DNA of 64,000 nt from Pelagibacteraceae bacterium AG-414-M23 (GTDB lineage: Bacteria > Pseudomonadota > Alphaproteobacteria > Pelagibacterales > Pelagibacteraceae). Shown piece after piece: positions 48,976-58,506 of this stretch. The translations under genes were made by a program, and so were the position numbers. The notes beneath the pieces are model-generated. The model was not told the DNA's origin. It did not search any database and saw only the letters and a list, made by a program, of their open reading frames with translations. The first letter of the stretch is position 1. Each line of letters opens with the position of its first letter. The stretch lies in contig QCLN01000002.1 in the NCBI GenBank assembly GCA_003214525.1, positions 17,200 through 81,199 of the forward strand. Reading direction: 5' to 3'.

Positions 48976-50163
48976 ATGAAATTGACTGAATTTTTAAATA
49001 GCACCATCAAAGACGATGGTTTTCTATTAATTGATGCCAATAAGAATAAACATTTAATTGGCCATCCAAAAAAAGAAAATCCTATTACAATTAAAATTTT
49101 GGATAAGAGTCTACATACTAAGCTTTTACTTTTGCCAGATTTATATTTTGGTGAAGCTTATACAAATGGATCTATAGTAATCGAAAATGGAACATTAACC
49201 GAGTTTTTGGACTTAGCCCTAAGAAATATAGGAAGAAAAGAAGTAAATTCTTTTAATGCTGCAATCAATAAAATTAGAGGAAATTATAGATTTTTTACAA
49301 ATTTTAATTTAAAAAAAAAATCTAAATCTAATGTTGCCCATCATTATGATATTTCTGAAAAATTATACGATTTATTTTTAGAAAATAAAAGACAATATTC
49401 CTGTGCATACTTTAAAAATGAAACTGAAACTTTGGAGGATGCTCAAAATAATAAAATTGATCATATTATCAAAAAATTAAATTTAAAACCTAATCAAAAA
49501 GTTTTGGATATTGGTTCTGGGTGGGGTTCGCTCGCAATTGATATTGCTAAAAAAACTCAATGTGAAGTTGTTGGAATTACTTTGTCAGAAAATCAACACG
49601 AGTATAGTTTGAAAAAGGCAAAAGAAAGTGGTCTAGAAAACCAAGTACAGTTCAGGTTAGCCGACTATAGAGATTTGAATGAAAAGTTTGATCGAATTGT
49701 AAGTGTAGGAATGTTTGAACACGTTGGTAGAAAATTTTACAGCACTTACTTTAATAATGTTTCAAAATTATTAAATGAAGACGGAGTAGCGCTAATTCAT
49801 ACTATTGGATCTGTTAATCCACCCAGAGACCCACATCCGTGGATAACAAAATATATATTTCCAGGTGGATATACTCCAAGCTTAAGTGAGATTACAAAAC
49901 CTATTGAAAAATCTGGCTTAATGATATCGGACTTAGAAGTTTGGAGAATGCATTACTCTTACACTTTAAGAAATTGGAAAGAAAGATTTTTAAGTAAAAG
50001 AGAACAGGTATTAGAAATGTTTGATGAAAAATTCTTAAGAATGTGGGAGTTTTATCTCGCTGGTTGTGAAATGGCATTCAAATGGGGAGATCAGGTTGTA
50101 TTTCAAGTGCAGTTAATAAAAAAACATTCTTCATTACCTATTACTAGAGACTATATTTATTGA
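48976..50163 (+). CDS. cfa: Cyclopropane-fatty-acyl-phospholipid synthase family methyltransferase
   Basis: NVAHHYD, YSCAYF, LDIGSGWG, VSVGMFEHVG, KYIFPGG, HY..TL..W, RMWEFYL..C. Confidence 0.88.
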   Translation: MKLTEFLNSTIKDDGFLLIDANKNKHLIGHPKKENPITIKILDKSLHTKLLLLPDLYFGEAYTNGSIVIENGTLTEFLDLALRNIGRKEVNSFNAAINKIRGNYRFFTNFNLKKKSKSNVAHHYDISEKLYDLFLENKRQYSCAYFKNETETLEDAQNNKIDHIIKKLNLKPNQKVLDIGSGWGSLAIDIAKKTQCEVVGITLSENQHEYSLKKAKESGLENQVQFRLADYRDLNEKFDRIVSVGMFEHVGRKFYSTYFNNVSKLLNEDGVALIHTIGSVNPPRDPHPWITKYIFPGGYTPSLSEITKPIEKSGLMISDLEVWRMHYSYTLRNWKERFLSKREQVLEMFDEKFLRMWEFYLAGCEMAFKWGDQVVFQVQLIKKHSSLPITRDYIY

Positions 50164-50192
50164 TAATTTGTTGGTAGTAAAACAAATATTTA

Positions 50193-51371
50193 ATGAAAAA
50201 AAAGAAAAAAATAAAAAAAAAAATAATAAAAAGCATACCTTCTAGAAAAAAAATAAAAAAAATATCTAAAATAAAAAAAAATAAAAAAACACAAAGAAAA
50301 AAATCAAGAATTATAAAAAAAAAAACTACTAAGAAAAATTTTCAATTTAAAAAAGCCATCAAAACAAAAGATTCATTAATTCTTAAAATTGTACGTTTAC
50401 AAAATAAATTAACTACATTTCCAAAAATAAATTTTTCTTTATTTTCCAGTCTAGAAAAAAAAATTGAAGGTTTTTTTCAAGCAATAGAGAAAAGATTAGT
50501 TTCATATAAGATTTTAAGAGAAGAAGAGAAGCAAAAAAATATTATTCAAAGATTAGAGAGAGAAGAAAAAGAAAAACAGGCCAGAATAAAAGAAGAAAAA
50601 GAAGAAGATCTAAGAACTTTAAAGTTAAAAGAAAAACAACTGAAAGAAGAAGAACGACTAGAAAAAGAAAGAGCCAAAGATTTAAAACTATTCTTAAGAA
50701 AAGAACAGGCTCTTATAAGAAAAGAATTAGCTGAAAGACAAAAAAGATTTCTTCAAGAAATAAAATTAGAAAAACAGATTGAGAAATTTAGAATAAGAGA
50801 AATTAAAGAACTTGAAAAACTTGAAAAAATTTCATTACAAGAACAGCGAGCTGATTATGAAGGTTTACAAGAAAGAATTACTAAGCTTAAAGAAAAATAT
50901 CAACAAATTAGAGATCAAAAAATTAGAGAAAGAGTAGAAGCCCTTGGCGTTGAAATTCAAGACGGCGATAGTCGCGAAACATTATTAGAAAAAGAAAAAC
51001 AGTATAATTTAGATAGACAAAAAATTGAAATAGCATTAGAGAGTTTTTATAGAAGTGCAAATAGCTTAGTTTTCCAATTAAATAAAAGATACGTAACAAG
51101 ACATATGTCAATTTTTAGATGTGTAGATCGAAGATTTGAAAGTGGAGAAATTTTTATCAAATGGGATGAGTCCCAAGATGATGAATGGTTAATATTAATT
51201 TATATAAAAGATAATTCACCTAACCAAGGTATTATAATTGAAGATAAGACAAATCCAGAAAAAAATATTTCTTCTGAATTTCAACCAAGTGAAATATTCA
51301 AAGCATCCGACGTTATGGTAGATTCTCTTACTCAATTGATAGCAAAAATGAGATCAAAAAAAGAAAATTAA
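50193..51371 (+). CDS. Hypothetical protein: Lys-rich N-terminal tail, long charged helix/coiled coil, globular C-terminal domain
   Basis: Long ORF filling the space between cfa and djlA; composition seen directly. No family recognised. Confidence 0.75.
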   Translation: MKKKKKIKKKIIKSIPSRKKIKKISKIKKNKKTQRKKSRIIKKKTTKKNFQFKKAIKTKDSLILKIVRLQNKLTTFPKINFSLFSSLEKKIEGFFQAIEKRLVSYKILREEEKQKNIIQRLEREEKEKQARIKEEKEEDLRTLKLKEKQLKEEERLEKERAKDLKLFLRKEQALIRKELAERQKRFLQEIKLEKQIEKFRIREIKELEKLEKISLQEQRADYEGLQERITKLKEKYQQIRDQKIRERVEALGVEIQDGDSRETLLEKEKQYNLDRQKIEIALESFYRSANSLVFQLNKRYVTRHMSIFRCVDRRFESGEIFIKWDESQDDEWLILIYIKDNSPNQGIIIEDKTNPEKNISSEFQPSEIFKASDVMVDSLTQLIAKMRSKKEN

Positions 51372-51397
51372 ATTTCTAAAATATTAGAAATTTTTTT
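51370..51397 (+). terminator. Weak AT-rich terminator-like hairpin
   Basis: AAATTTCTAA-aata-TTAGAAATTT followed by Ts, between convergent genes. Confidence 0.4.
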
Positions 51398-51403
51398 CAT
51401 AAA

Positions 51404-52126
51404 TCAATTTTTTTTGAGTTTTTGAATATGATCCCAAGCGCTATTAATTGATCTCATTTTATTCTTACTTTCTTCTATAACTTCTTGAGGTACTCCCTTA
51501 CTTAACAGTAAATCTGGATGATGTTGTTTGCTCAACATAAGATATCTTTTCCTAATTATTGAGAGATCATCATCGGGTTTGCTTTCTAATACGATGTATG
51601 GGTTTAATTTATCAGATGATTTTCTACTTTCTTGAATTGCTCTAAACTGTTTTTCACTAATGTTAAATATTTGAGCAATATCTTCAATCATCGAAAGTTC
51701 TTTTGGACTTACTTTTCCATCTGCTTCAGCAATATAAAATAAAATATTAATAACCTCTTCTAAGACATTTAAATTCTCTTTATATATTTTCGAAATTTGT
51801 TTAGCATAAGGTTCGTAACCCGAACTTTCTTCTTTTGCTTTATTAAAAATTTTACCTACCTGATCAATTTCATTATTCGGAATTCTAAGCTTATCTTTAA
51901 CTGCAATTAATTCTTCTTTACTTACATTTCCATCGGCTTTGCTAAGTTTTGCAGATAATACAATTAATGATAGAGCGAATATTTGCTGAGGGTTAGCAAA
52001 ACTTTTAAAACCTTGTGATCTATATCTAGAAACTTTTGATCCAATAATTGAACCCAAGAGCATTCCAAACGGTCCACCCAATGATAGGCCAACCATACCT
52101 CCAATCAAACTACCCCAGATAGACAT
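51404..52126 (-). CDS. djlA: Co-chaperone DjlA (TM anchor, TerB-like domain, J-domain)
   Basis: MSIWG..IGG..G...GGP.G, AKLSKADG.V, A.ADG, HHPD, IN.AW. Confidence 0.85.
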   Translation of the reverse strand: MSIWGSLIGGMVGLSLGGPFGMLLGSIIGSKVSRYRSQGFKSFANPQQIFALSLIVLSAKLSKADGNVSKEELIAVKDKLRIPNNEIDQVGKIFNKAKEESSGYEPYAKQISKIYKENLNVLEEVINILFYIAEADGKVSPKELSMIEDIAQIFNISEKQFRAIQESRKSSDKLNPYIVLESKPDDDLSIIRKRYLMLSKQHHPDLLLSKGVPQEVIEESKNKMRSINSAWDHIQKLKKN

Positions 52127-52156
52127 ATTATAAAATTTTATTATAATTTACTAATT

Positions 52157-52453
52157 ATGACTACAACAATTTTTGCATTAATGATTTTGTATCTTATATA
52201 TAAGTGGACAGTTTCTTGGATAGAATATTACAGCAATTTAGATAAAAGATTAGGAAAATCAATTTGGAGATATAGTTATGATTATCATGTAATCGGAAAG
52301 AGAGACGTTGCATTATATGATGACAAACAATTTGTAATTTTAAGAAGAAAAAGAAATAGAGCGGTAACTATTATGTATTTAATATTTTTCTTATCGTTTG
52401 TAATATTCATGTCATTTTTGAATCAGGTACTTTTAAGAATTTTAAATATTTAA
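52157..52453 (+). CDS. Small hypothetical membrane protein (2 TM)
   Basis: ATG start and two hydrophobic segments; fills the gap between flanking genes. Confidence 0.55.
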   Translation: MTTTIFALMILYLIYKWTVSWIEYYSNLDKRLGKSIWRYSYDYHVIGKRDVALYDDKQFVILRRKRNRAVTIMYLIFFLSFVIFMSFLNQVLLRILNI

Positions 52454-53151
52454 TTTTTTTTTATATTTTTTAAAATATATTGCCACTTACCAAGTCTATT
52501 ATACTCAACTTTTATAATAATATTATTTTTATTATCGTACCAAATATCAAAATTTAATCTTTTATCTGTCTCCAAATTATCATCTGTTGATTCTAATTTA
52601 AAACGATCAACTTCAAAGTTTTTGCCATTAATATTTATAATTTCCCTAGATATAAAAGTTACCGCCTGTTGTTTTACACTCCCTGAAAGAGGACTAATTT
52701 GACTTGTGGTTTTTAGTATTTTATGGTTCCACCAATTTCCTACTATATTATCTTTATGAGCAGTTCCCTCATAAGATGAACCTCTAATTTTAAAAATGTT
52801 TAAATGTTGATCAAATTTTAAATTAACAAATTTTTTCTTACGATTTTGTAAAGTTTCAGAGTTAAATTCTATCAATTGATCATTTTCATATTTCTCTTTA
52901 CCCAAGCTATTTATTGAGAATAGTTTTACACCTAAAACTTTTACTTTAAATTCAGTTTTATTAATAACCTCTAATATATTACCATTGTTTATAAATTCAT
53001 AAACACTAAAACCAATCAACTCACCATTTCTATATATATCCATTTCTATCTTTTTAAAATTTTTATAATGAGCCGTGTGAGAATAAGATTTTGAAATAAT
53101 TAAAGTCAAAAAAATTATAATAATTACTATGAATTTTAATTTAATTTTCAT
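52450..53151 (-). CDS. Exported beta-rich protein (DUF6134-like)
   Basis: Signal peptide, I.RNG..IG, WWN, IWYD pattern. Confidence 0.55.
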   Translation of the reverse strand: MKIKLKFIVIIIIFLTLIISKSYSHTAHYKNFKKIEMDIYRNGELIGFSVYEFINNGNILEVINKTEFKVKVLGVKLFSINSLGKEKYENDQLIEFNSETLQNRKKKFVNLKFDQHLNIFKIRGSSYEGTAHKDNIVGNWWNHKILKTTSQISPLSGSVKQQAVTFISREIININGKNFEVDRFKLESTDDNLETDKRLNFDIWYDNKNNIIIKVEYNRLGKWQYILKNIKKN

Positions 53152-53206
53152 CTCTATAAATTTATATTAATAATATTTTTTAAGATATATAAGATCTCAT
53201 TGAATC

Positions 53207-53857
53207 ATGTTTTTATCTATAAAAAAAATTCCTAAAACAAATTGGAGTTCGGATAATCCTTTTAATTTAAAACCCAAACTTTCAACATTGTTTTTTCTCT
53301 TTTTAGGATTAGCTTTATTTGGTCTAGGAGAAGGCTTATTGATTGTTTCATTTGCTGGAGCTTCACCGTGGAGTGTTCTTGCCCAAGGTATTTCTTTAAA
53401 TATAAATTATACAATTGGTTTCATAACTTTAGTCATTAGTATTATTGTATTAATTTTATGGATACCACTTAAGCAAAAACCAGGAATGGGAACTATTTTT
53501 AATGCATTAATTATTGCAGGGATGATTGATTTATGTATTAAATTTGTTCCAACTCCAGAAAGTTATTTTTCACAAATTATTTTAGCAATAATTGCCGTTT
53601 TAACAGTAGGATTAGGTGGAGGAATTTATCTAATTGCAAATTTAGGCTCTGGAGCAAGAGATGGTTTAATGATTGGTTTACAAAAAAAAACCAATCTTCC
53701 TATAGCGGTTGTTAGAGCTTTCATTGAAATAAGTGTTGTGTCTGTTGGATGGTATCTTGGAGGAACAGTTGGTGTAGGAACTTTATTGTTTGCTTTTGGC
53801 ATTGGTCCAGCAGTTGCTCTTGGATTATATTTAGTTGATAAAGTTTTTAATAATTGA
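53207..53857 (+). CDS. YczE/YitT-family membrane protein
   Basis: GASPW.VL.QG, QKPG.GT..N, G.GARDGLM.G, GGTVGVGT.LFA..IGP. Confidence 0.8.
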   Translation: MFLSIKKIPKTNWSSDNPFNLKPKLSTLFFLFLGLALFGLGEGLLIVSFAGASPWSVLAQGISLNINYTIGFITLVISIIVLILWIPLKQKPGMGTIFNALIIAGMIDLCIKFVPTPESYFSQIILAIIAVLTVGLGGGIYLIANLGSGARDGLMIGLQKKTNLPIAVVRAFIEISVVSVGWYLGGTVGVGTLLFAFGIGPAVALGLYLVDKVFNN

Positions 53858-53861
53858 AAAT

Positions 53862-54614
53862 ATGAAAAATAAAAAGTGTTATATCCATATTGGAAATTTT
53901 AAAACAGGAAGTACAACATTACAAAAACTACTTTTTCTGAATCAAAATTTTCTTAAAAAAAAGAATTTAGGAGTTATATATGAAAGAAATTTTTTTAAGA
54001 AAACTATCAATAATATGCAACTATTTAGATATTTTAACGAATTAGATGAGAAAAATATCACAAAGTATATTAAATTAAATTCATCAAAACATTTAATAAT
54101 AAGTTCGGAATATTTTTCTTGCATATCTTATGATTTAAATAAAATTTTCTTTTTGAAAAAAATTATTTTAAAACTTGGCTATGAACCAATAGTAATATTT
54201 TTGGGTAGAAATTATATTTCATTTTTTAATTCACTTTACCGAGAAGTTCTTAAACAAAATAAATCTTTAGAATACAAAGATAATATTATAGAATATTTAA
54301 AAAAAATAAAAAAATACGGTTATTATTTTTATAATAAAAATAATAGATATTACTTAAGCCAAAATTACTATTACAAAAATAATGTAATTAAAAAAAACTG
54401 GGAAAAAGTTTTTAATAAAAACTTTGTTTATTTAGAGTTTAATAAAAAATCCAAAAATAAATTTATATTTGATTTTATTAAAATTTTAAATTTAGAAAAA
54501 AGTAATTTTGAAATTCCAGAAGTACAAAATAAAACAACTATAAAATTTTGGCATATTAAGAGAATCTTAACAAAGTTCTTTATTTATATTTATTCCTACA
54601 TACTAATTAAGTAG
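53862..54614 (+). CDS. Sulfotransferase-like P-loop protein
   Basis: HIGNFKTGSTTLQ (5'-PSB-like), IISSE, R......S.Y pattern. Start chosen at ATG 53862. Confidence 0.6.
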   Translation: MKNKKCYIHIGNFKTGSTTLQKLLFLNQNFLKKKNLGVIYERNFFKKTINNMQLFRYFNELDEKNITKYIKLNSSKHLIISSEYFSCISYDLNKIFFLKKIILKLGYEPIVIFLGRNYISFFNSLYREVLKQNKSLEYKDNIIEYLKKIKKYGYYFYNKNNRYYLSQNYYYKNNVIKKNWEKVFNKNFVYLEFNKKSKNKFIFDFIKILNLEKSNFEIPEVQNKTTIKFWHIKRILTKFFIYIYSYILIK

Positions 54615-54623
54615 TTTTAATAT

Positions 54624-54656
54624 AAAAAAAAGGGCAGTAAAAACTGCCCTTTTTTT
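54624..54656. terminator. Bidirectional intrinsic terminator downstream of groEL
   Basis: A-run-GGGCAGT-aaaa-ACTGCCC-T-run. Confidence 0.9.
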
Positions 54657-54680
54657 AAATATTAATTTTAAGTTTGTGGT

Positions 54681-56351
<1,671 letters not shown>

Positions 56352-56356
56352 TTAAT

Positions 56357-56650
56357 TTATTTGACTGTAGAAATACCCATAATGTCAGATTCTTTCATTA
56401 TGCTATATTCCTTTCCATCAATTTTGATTTCAGTTCCTGACCATTTGCCAAAAAGAACTTTGTCACCAACTTTAACATCCATTGGAATTATTTTTCCATC
56501 TTCAGTTTTTGCCCCACCACCTACAGCAACAACTTTTCCTTCTTGTGGTTTTTCTTGAGCTGAGTCTGGAATTATTATACCGCCAGAAGTTTTTTCAACG
56601 CTATCTAGCACTTCAATTAAAACTCTATCATGTAAAGGTTTAAACTTCAT
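56357..56650 (-). CDS. groES: Co-chaperonin GroES
   Basis: [35 protein letters not shown] Shine-Dalgarno before ATG 56650. Confidence 0.97.
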   Translation of the reverse strand: MKFKPLHDRVLIEVLDSVEKTSGGIIIPDSAQEKPQEGKVVAVGGGAKTEDGKIIPMDVKVGDKVLFGKWSGTEIKIDGKEYSIMKESDIMGISTVK

Positions 56651-56676
56651 AAATTCTCCTATAAATATGTGAGGAC

Positions 56677-56705
56677 ATATAAATATAGCACGCACTATTT
56701 TCAAG
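56677..56705 (-). promoter_or_regulatory. Putative sigma32-like promoter of groESL
   Basis: Minus strand CTTGAAA-N14-ATTTATAT; the -35 is perfect and the -10 is degenerate. Confidence 0.5.
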
Positions 56706-56762
56706 AAGGTTATTGCTTTAAAAAATCAAAGAATATATAGCTTTTTTAAGGTAATTTTTAAA

Positions 56763-57581
56763 ATGACAGTAAATTTAACTGACACAGGGCTTAAAGAAAT
56801 AGCAGATAGCTTCGATCTTTTTTATATTGATATATGGGGGGTTATTCACAACGGGATTAAATTAAACCAGGATGCTGTAAATGTACTATCTAAACTTGAT
56901 GATCTAGGAAAAGAATATGTGCTATTAACCAATGCTCCAAGACCCAACTCAGATGTCATAAAATTTTTAAAGAAACTTGGTTTAGACGACAAAAAAAGTT
57001 CAAAAGTTTATACATCTGGCCAAGGTTCATTGAACTATCTAAATAATGAAAAAAAAGGAGCTAAATTTTTCCACATAGGTCCACCACGAGACTTTGGTTT
57101 ATTCAATAATTTTAAGTCACTCAAACAAGAAAAAATTGAAGATTCAGATTATTTGCTTTGCACAGGATTATTTGATGAAAATCAGGAACTTGAATTTTAT
57201 AAAAATATTTTATCTTCATGCAAAGACAAAGATATGATTTGCACTAATCCAGATTTAATAGTTGACAGAGGCGAAACCAGAGAATATTGCGCTGGATCAG
57301 TTGCAAAAGTATATGAAGGATTAGGTGGGAAAGTAAAATATTTTGGCAAGCCATATCCAATGATTTATCAAAAATCCTCAAACCCAGAAAACAAAAAAGT
57401 TTTATGTATAGGCGATAATTTAAATACTGACATTAAAGGCTCTAATATTCAAAACTTTGATTCATTATTTATTCTTAATGGCATCCACAAAAATGAAAAT
57501 CAAAATGAACTAAATAAACTTTTTGAAAAATATGAAGTTAATGTAAATTATATACAAGAAAAATTAAAATGGTCAAAATGA
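56763..57581 (+). CDS. HAD-superfamily subclass IIA hydrolase
   Basis: DIWGV.H.G, TNAPR, CTNPD, CAG, GKP, IGDNL.TDI.G. Confidence 0.85.
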   Translation: MTVNLTDTGLKEIADSFDLFYIDIWGVIHNGIKLNQDAVNVLSKLDDLGKEYVLLTNAPRPNSDVIKFLKKLGLDDKKSSKVYTSGQGSLNYLNNEKKGAKFFHIGPPRDFGLFNNFKSLKQEKIEDSDYLLCTGLFDENQELEFYKNILSSCKDKDMICTNPDLIVDRGETREYCAGSVAKVYEGLGGKVKYFGKPYPMIYQKSSNPENKKVLCIGDNLNTDIKGSNIQNFDSLFILNGIHKNENQNELNKLFEKYEVNVNYIQEKLKWSK

Positions 57582-58501
57582 AAATATTTAAAAACTTCAA
57601 AATTCCTCGTAAATATTTAAATTCAATTATTCTTATTGGAAATTTTGATGGAGTACATTTAGGTCATCAAAAACTGTTTAGAAAAGCAAGAGAATTTAAA
57701 AAAAAATTTAAAAATAAAATTGGAGTAATAACTTTTAATCCAATACCTAAAATGTTTTTTAATAAGAATATTAAAAATTTTAAACTCATGAATATGAATC
57801 AAAAGATTGAGCAATTTAAAAAACAAAATGTTGATTTTTTAATTAATCAGAAATTTTCAAAAAAGTTTTCAAAAATAAAAGCAAATTCATTTATTGATAA
57901 TTACTTAGACAAAAAAATAAAAGCAAAATTCTTATTTGTTAGTAACAATTTCAAATTTGGCAATAAGAGAGAAGGAGATGTAAATTTACTTAAATTTAAT
58001 GAAAATAAGTATAATTACAAATTAATTACTCCATCCCCACTTAAAAAGAATAAAAAAATAATTTCTTCAACTTTAATTAGAAAACTTTTATCGAATGGAA
58101 ATTTAAATACTGCAAATAAATATTTAAATAAGAATTGGGAAATTGAAGGTGTTGTTCAAAAAGGTAGAAAAGTTGGAAGCAAGATTGGATTTGCAACTTG
58201 TAATATTAATATTGGAGATTATTTGATAGCGAGACCTGGTGTATATTCTGTCAAAGTAAAACTTAATAAAAAAATAAAAAATATTAATGGAATTGCTAAT
58301 TTGGGTTATAGGCCCACATTTAATCAAAAAAAAATATTGTTAGAGGTAAATTTATTTAATTTTAATAAAAATATATATAATCATAAAATAAGAGTTAAAT
58401 TTATTAAGTTTGTAAGGAGTGAAAAAAAGTTTAAAAATATTAAAGAGCTGACAATGCAAATTAAAAAAGATATCAAAGTTGCGAAAAAAAGTTTGAATTA
58501 A
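57578..58501 (+). CDS. ribF: Bifunctional riboflavin kinase / FAD synthetase
   Basis: IGNFDGVHLGH, F.FG..R.G, ISST.IR, N.G.RPT, R.EKKF. Start at the ATGA overlap. Confidence 0.93.
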   Translation: MKIFKNFKIPRKYLNSIILIGNFDGVHLGHQKLFRKAREFKKKFKNKIGVITFNPIPKMFFNKNIKNFKLMNMNQKIEQFKKQNVDFLINQKFSKKFSKIKANSFIDNYLDKKIKAKFLFVSNNFKFGNKREGDVNLLKFNENKYNYKLITPSPLKKNKKIISSTLIRKLLSNGNLNTANKYLNKNWEIEGVVQKGRKVGSKIGFATCNINIGDYLIARPGVYSVKVKLNKKIKNINGIANLGYRPTFNQKKILLEVNLFNFNKNIYNHKIRVKFIKFVRSEKKFKNIKELTMQIKKDIKVAKKSLN

Positions 58502-58506
58502 AGCAT

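Noticed and set aside
56685-56698. ATAGCACGCACTAT upstream of groES as a CIRCE element
   Set aside because: It only resembles one half-site (TAGCAC). The TTAGCACTC-N9-GAGTGCTAA geometry is absent.
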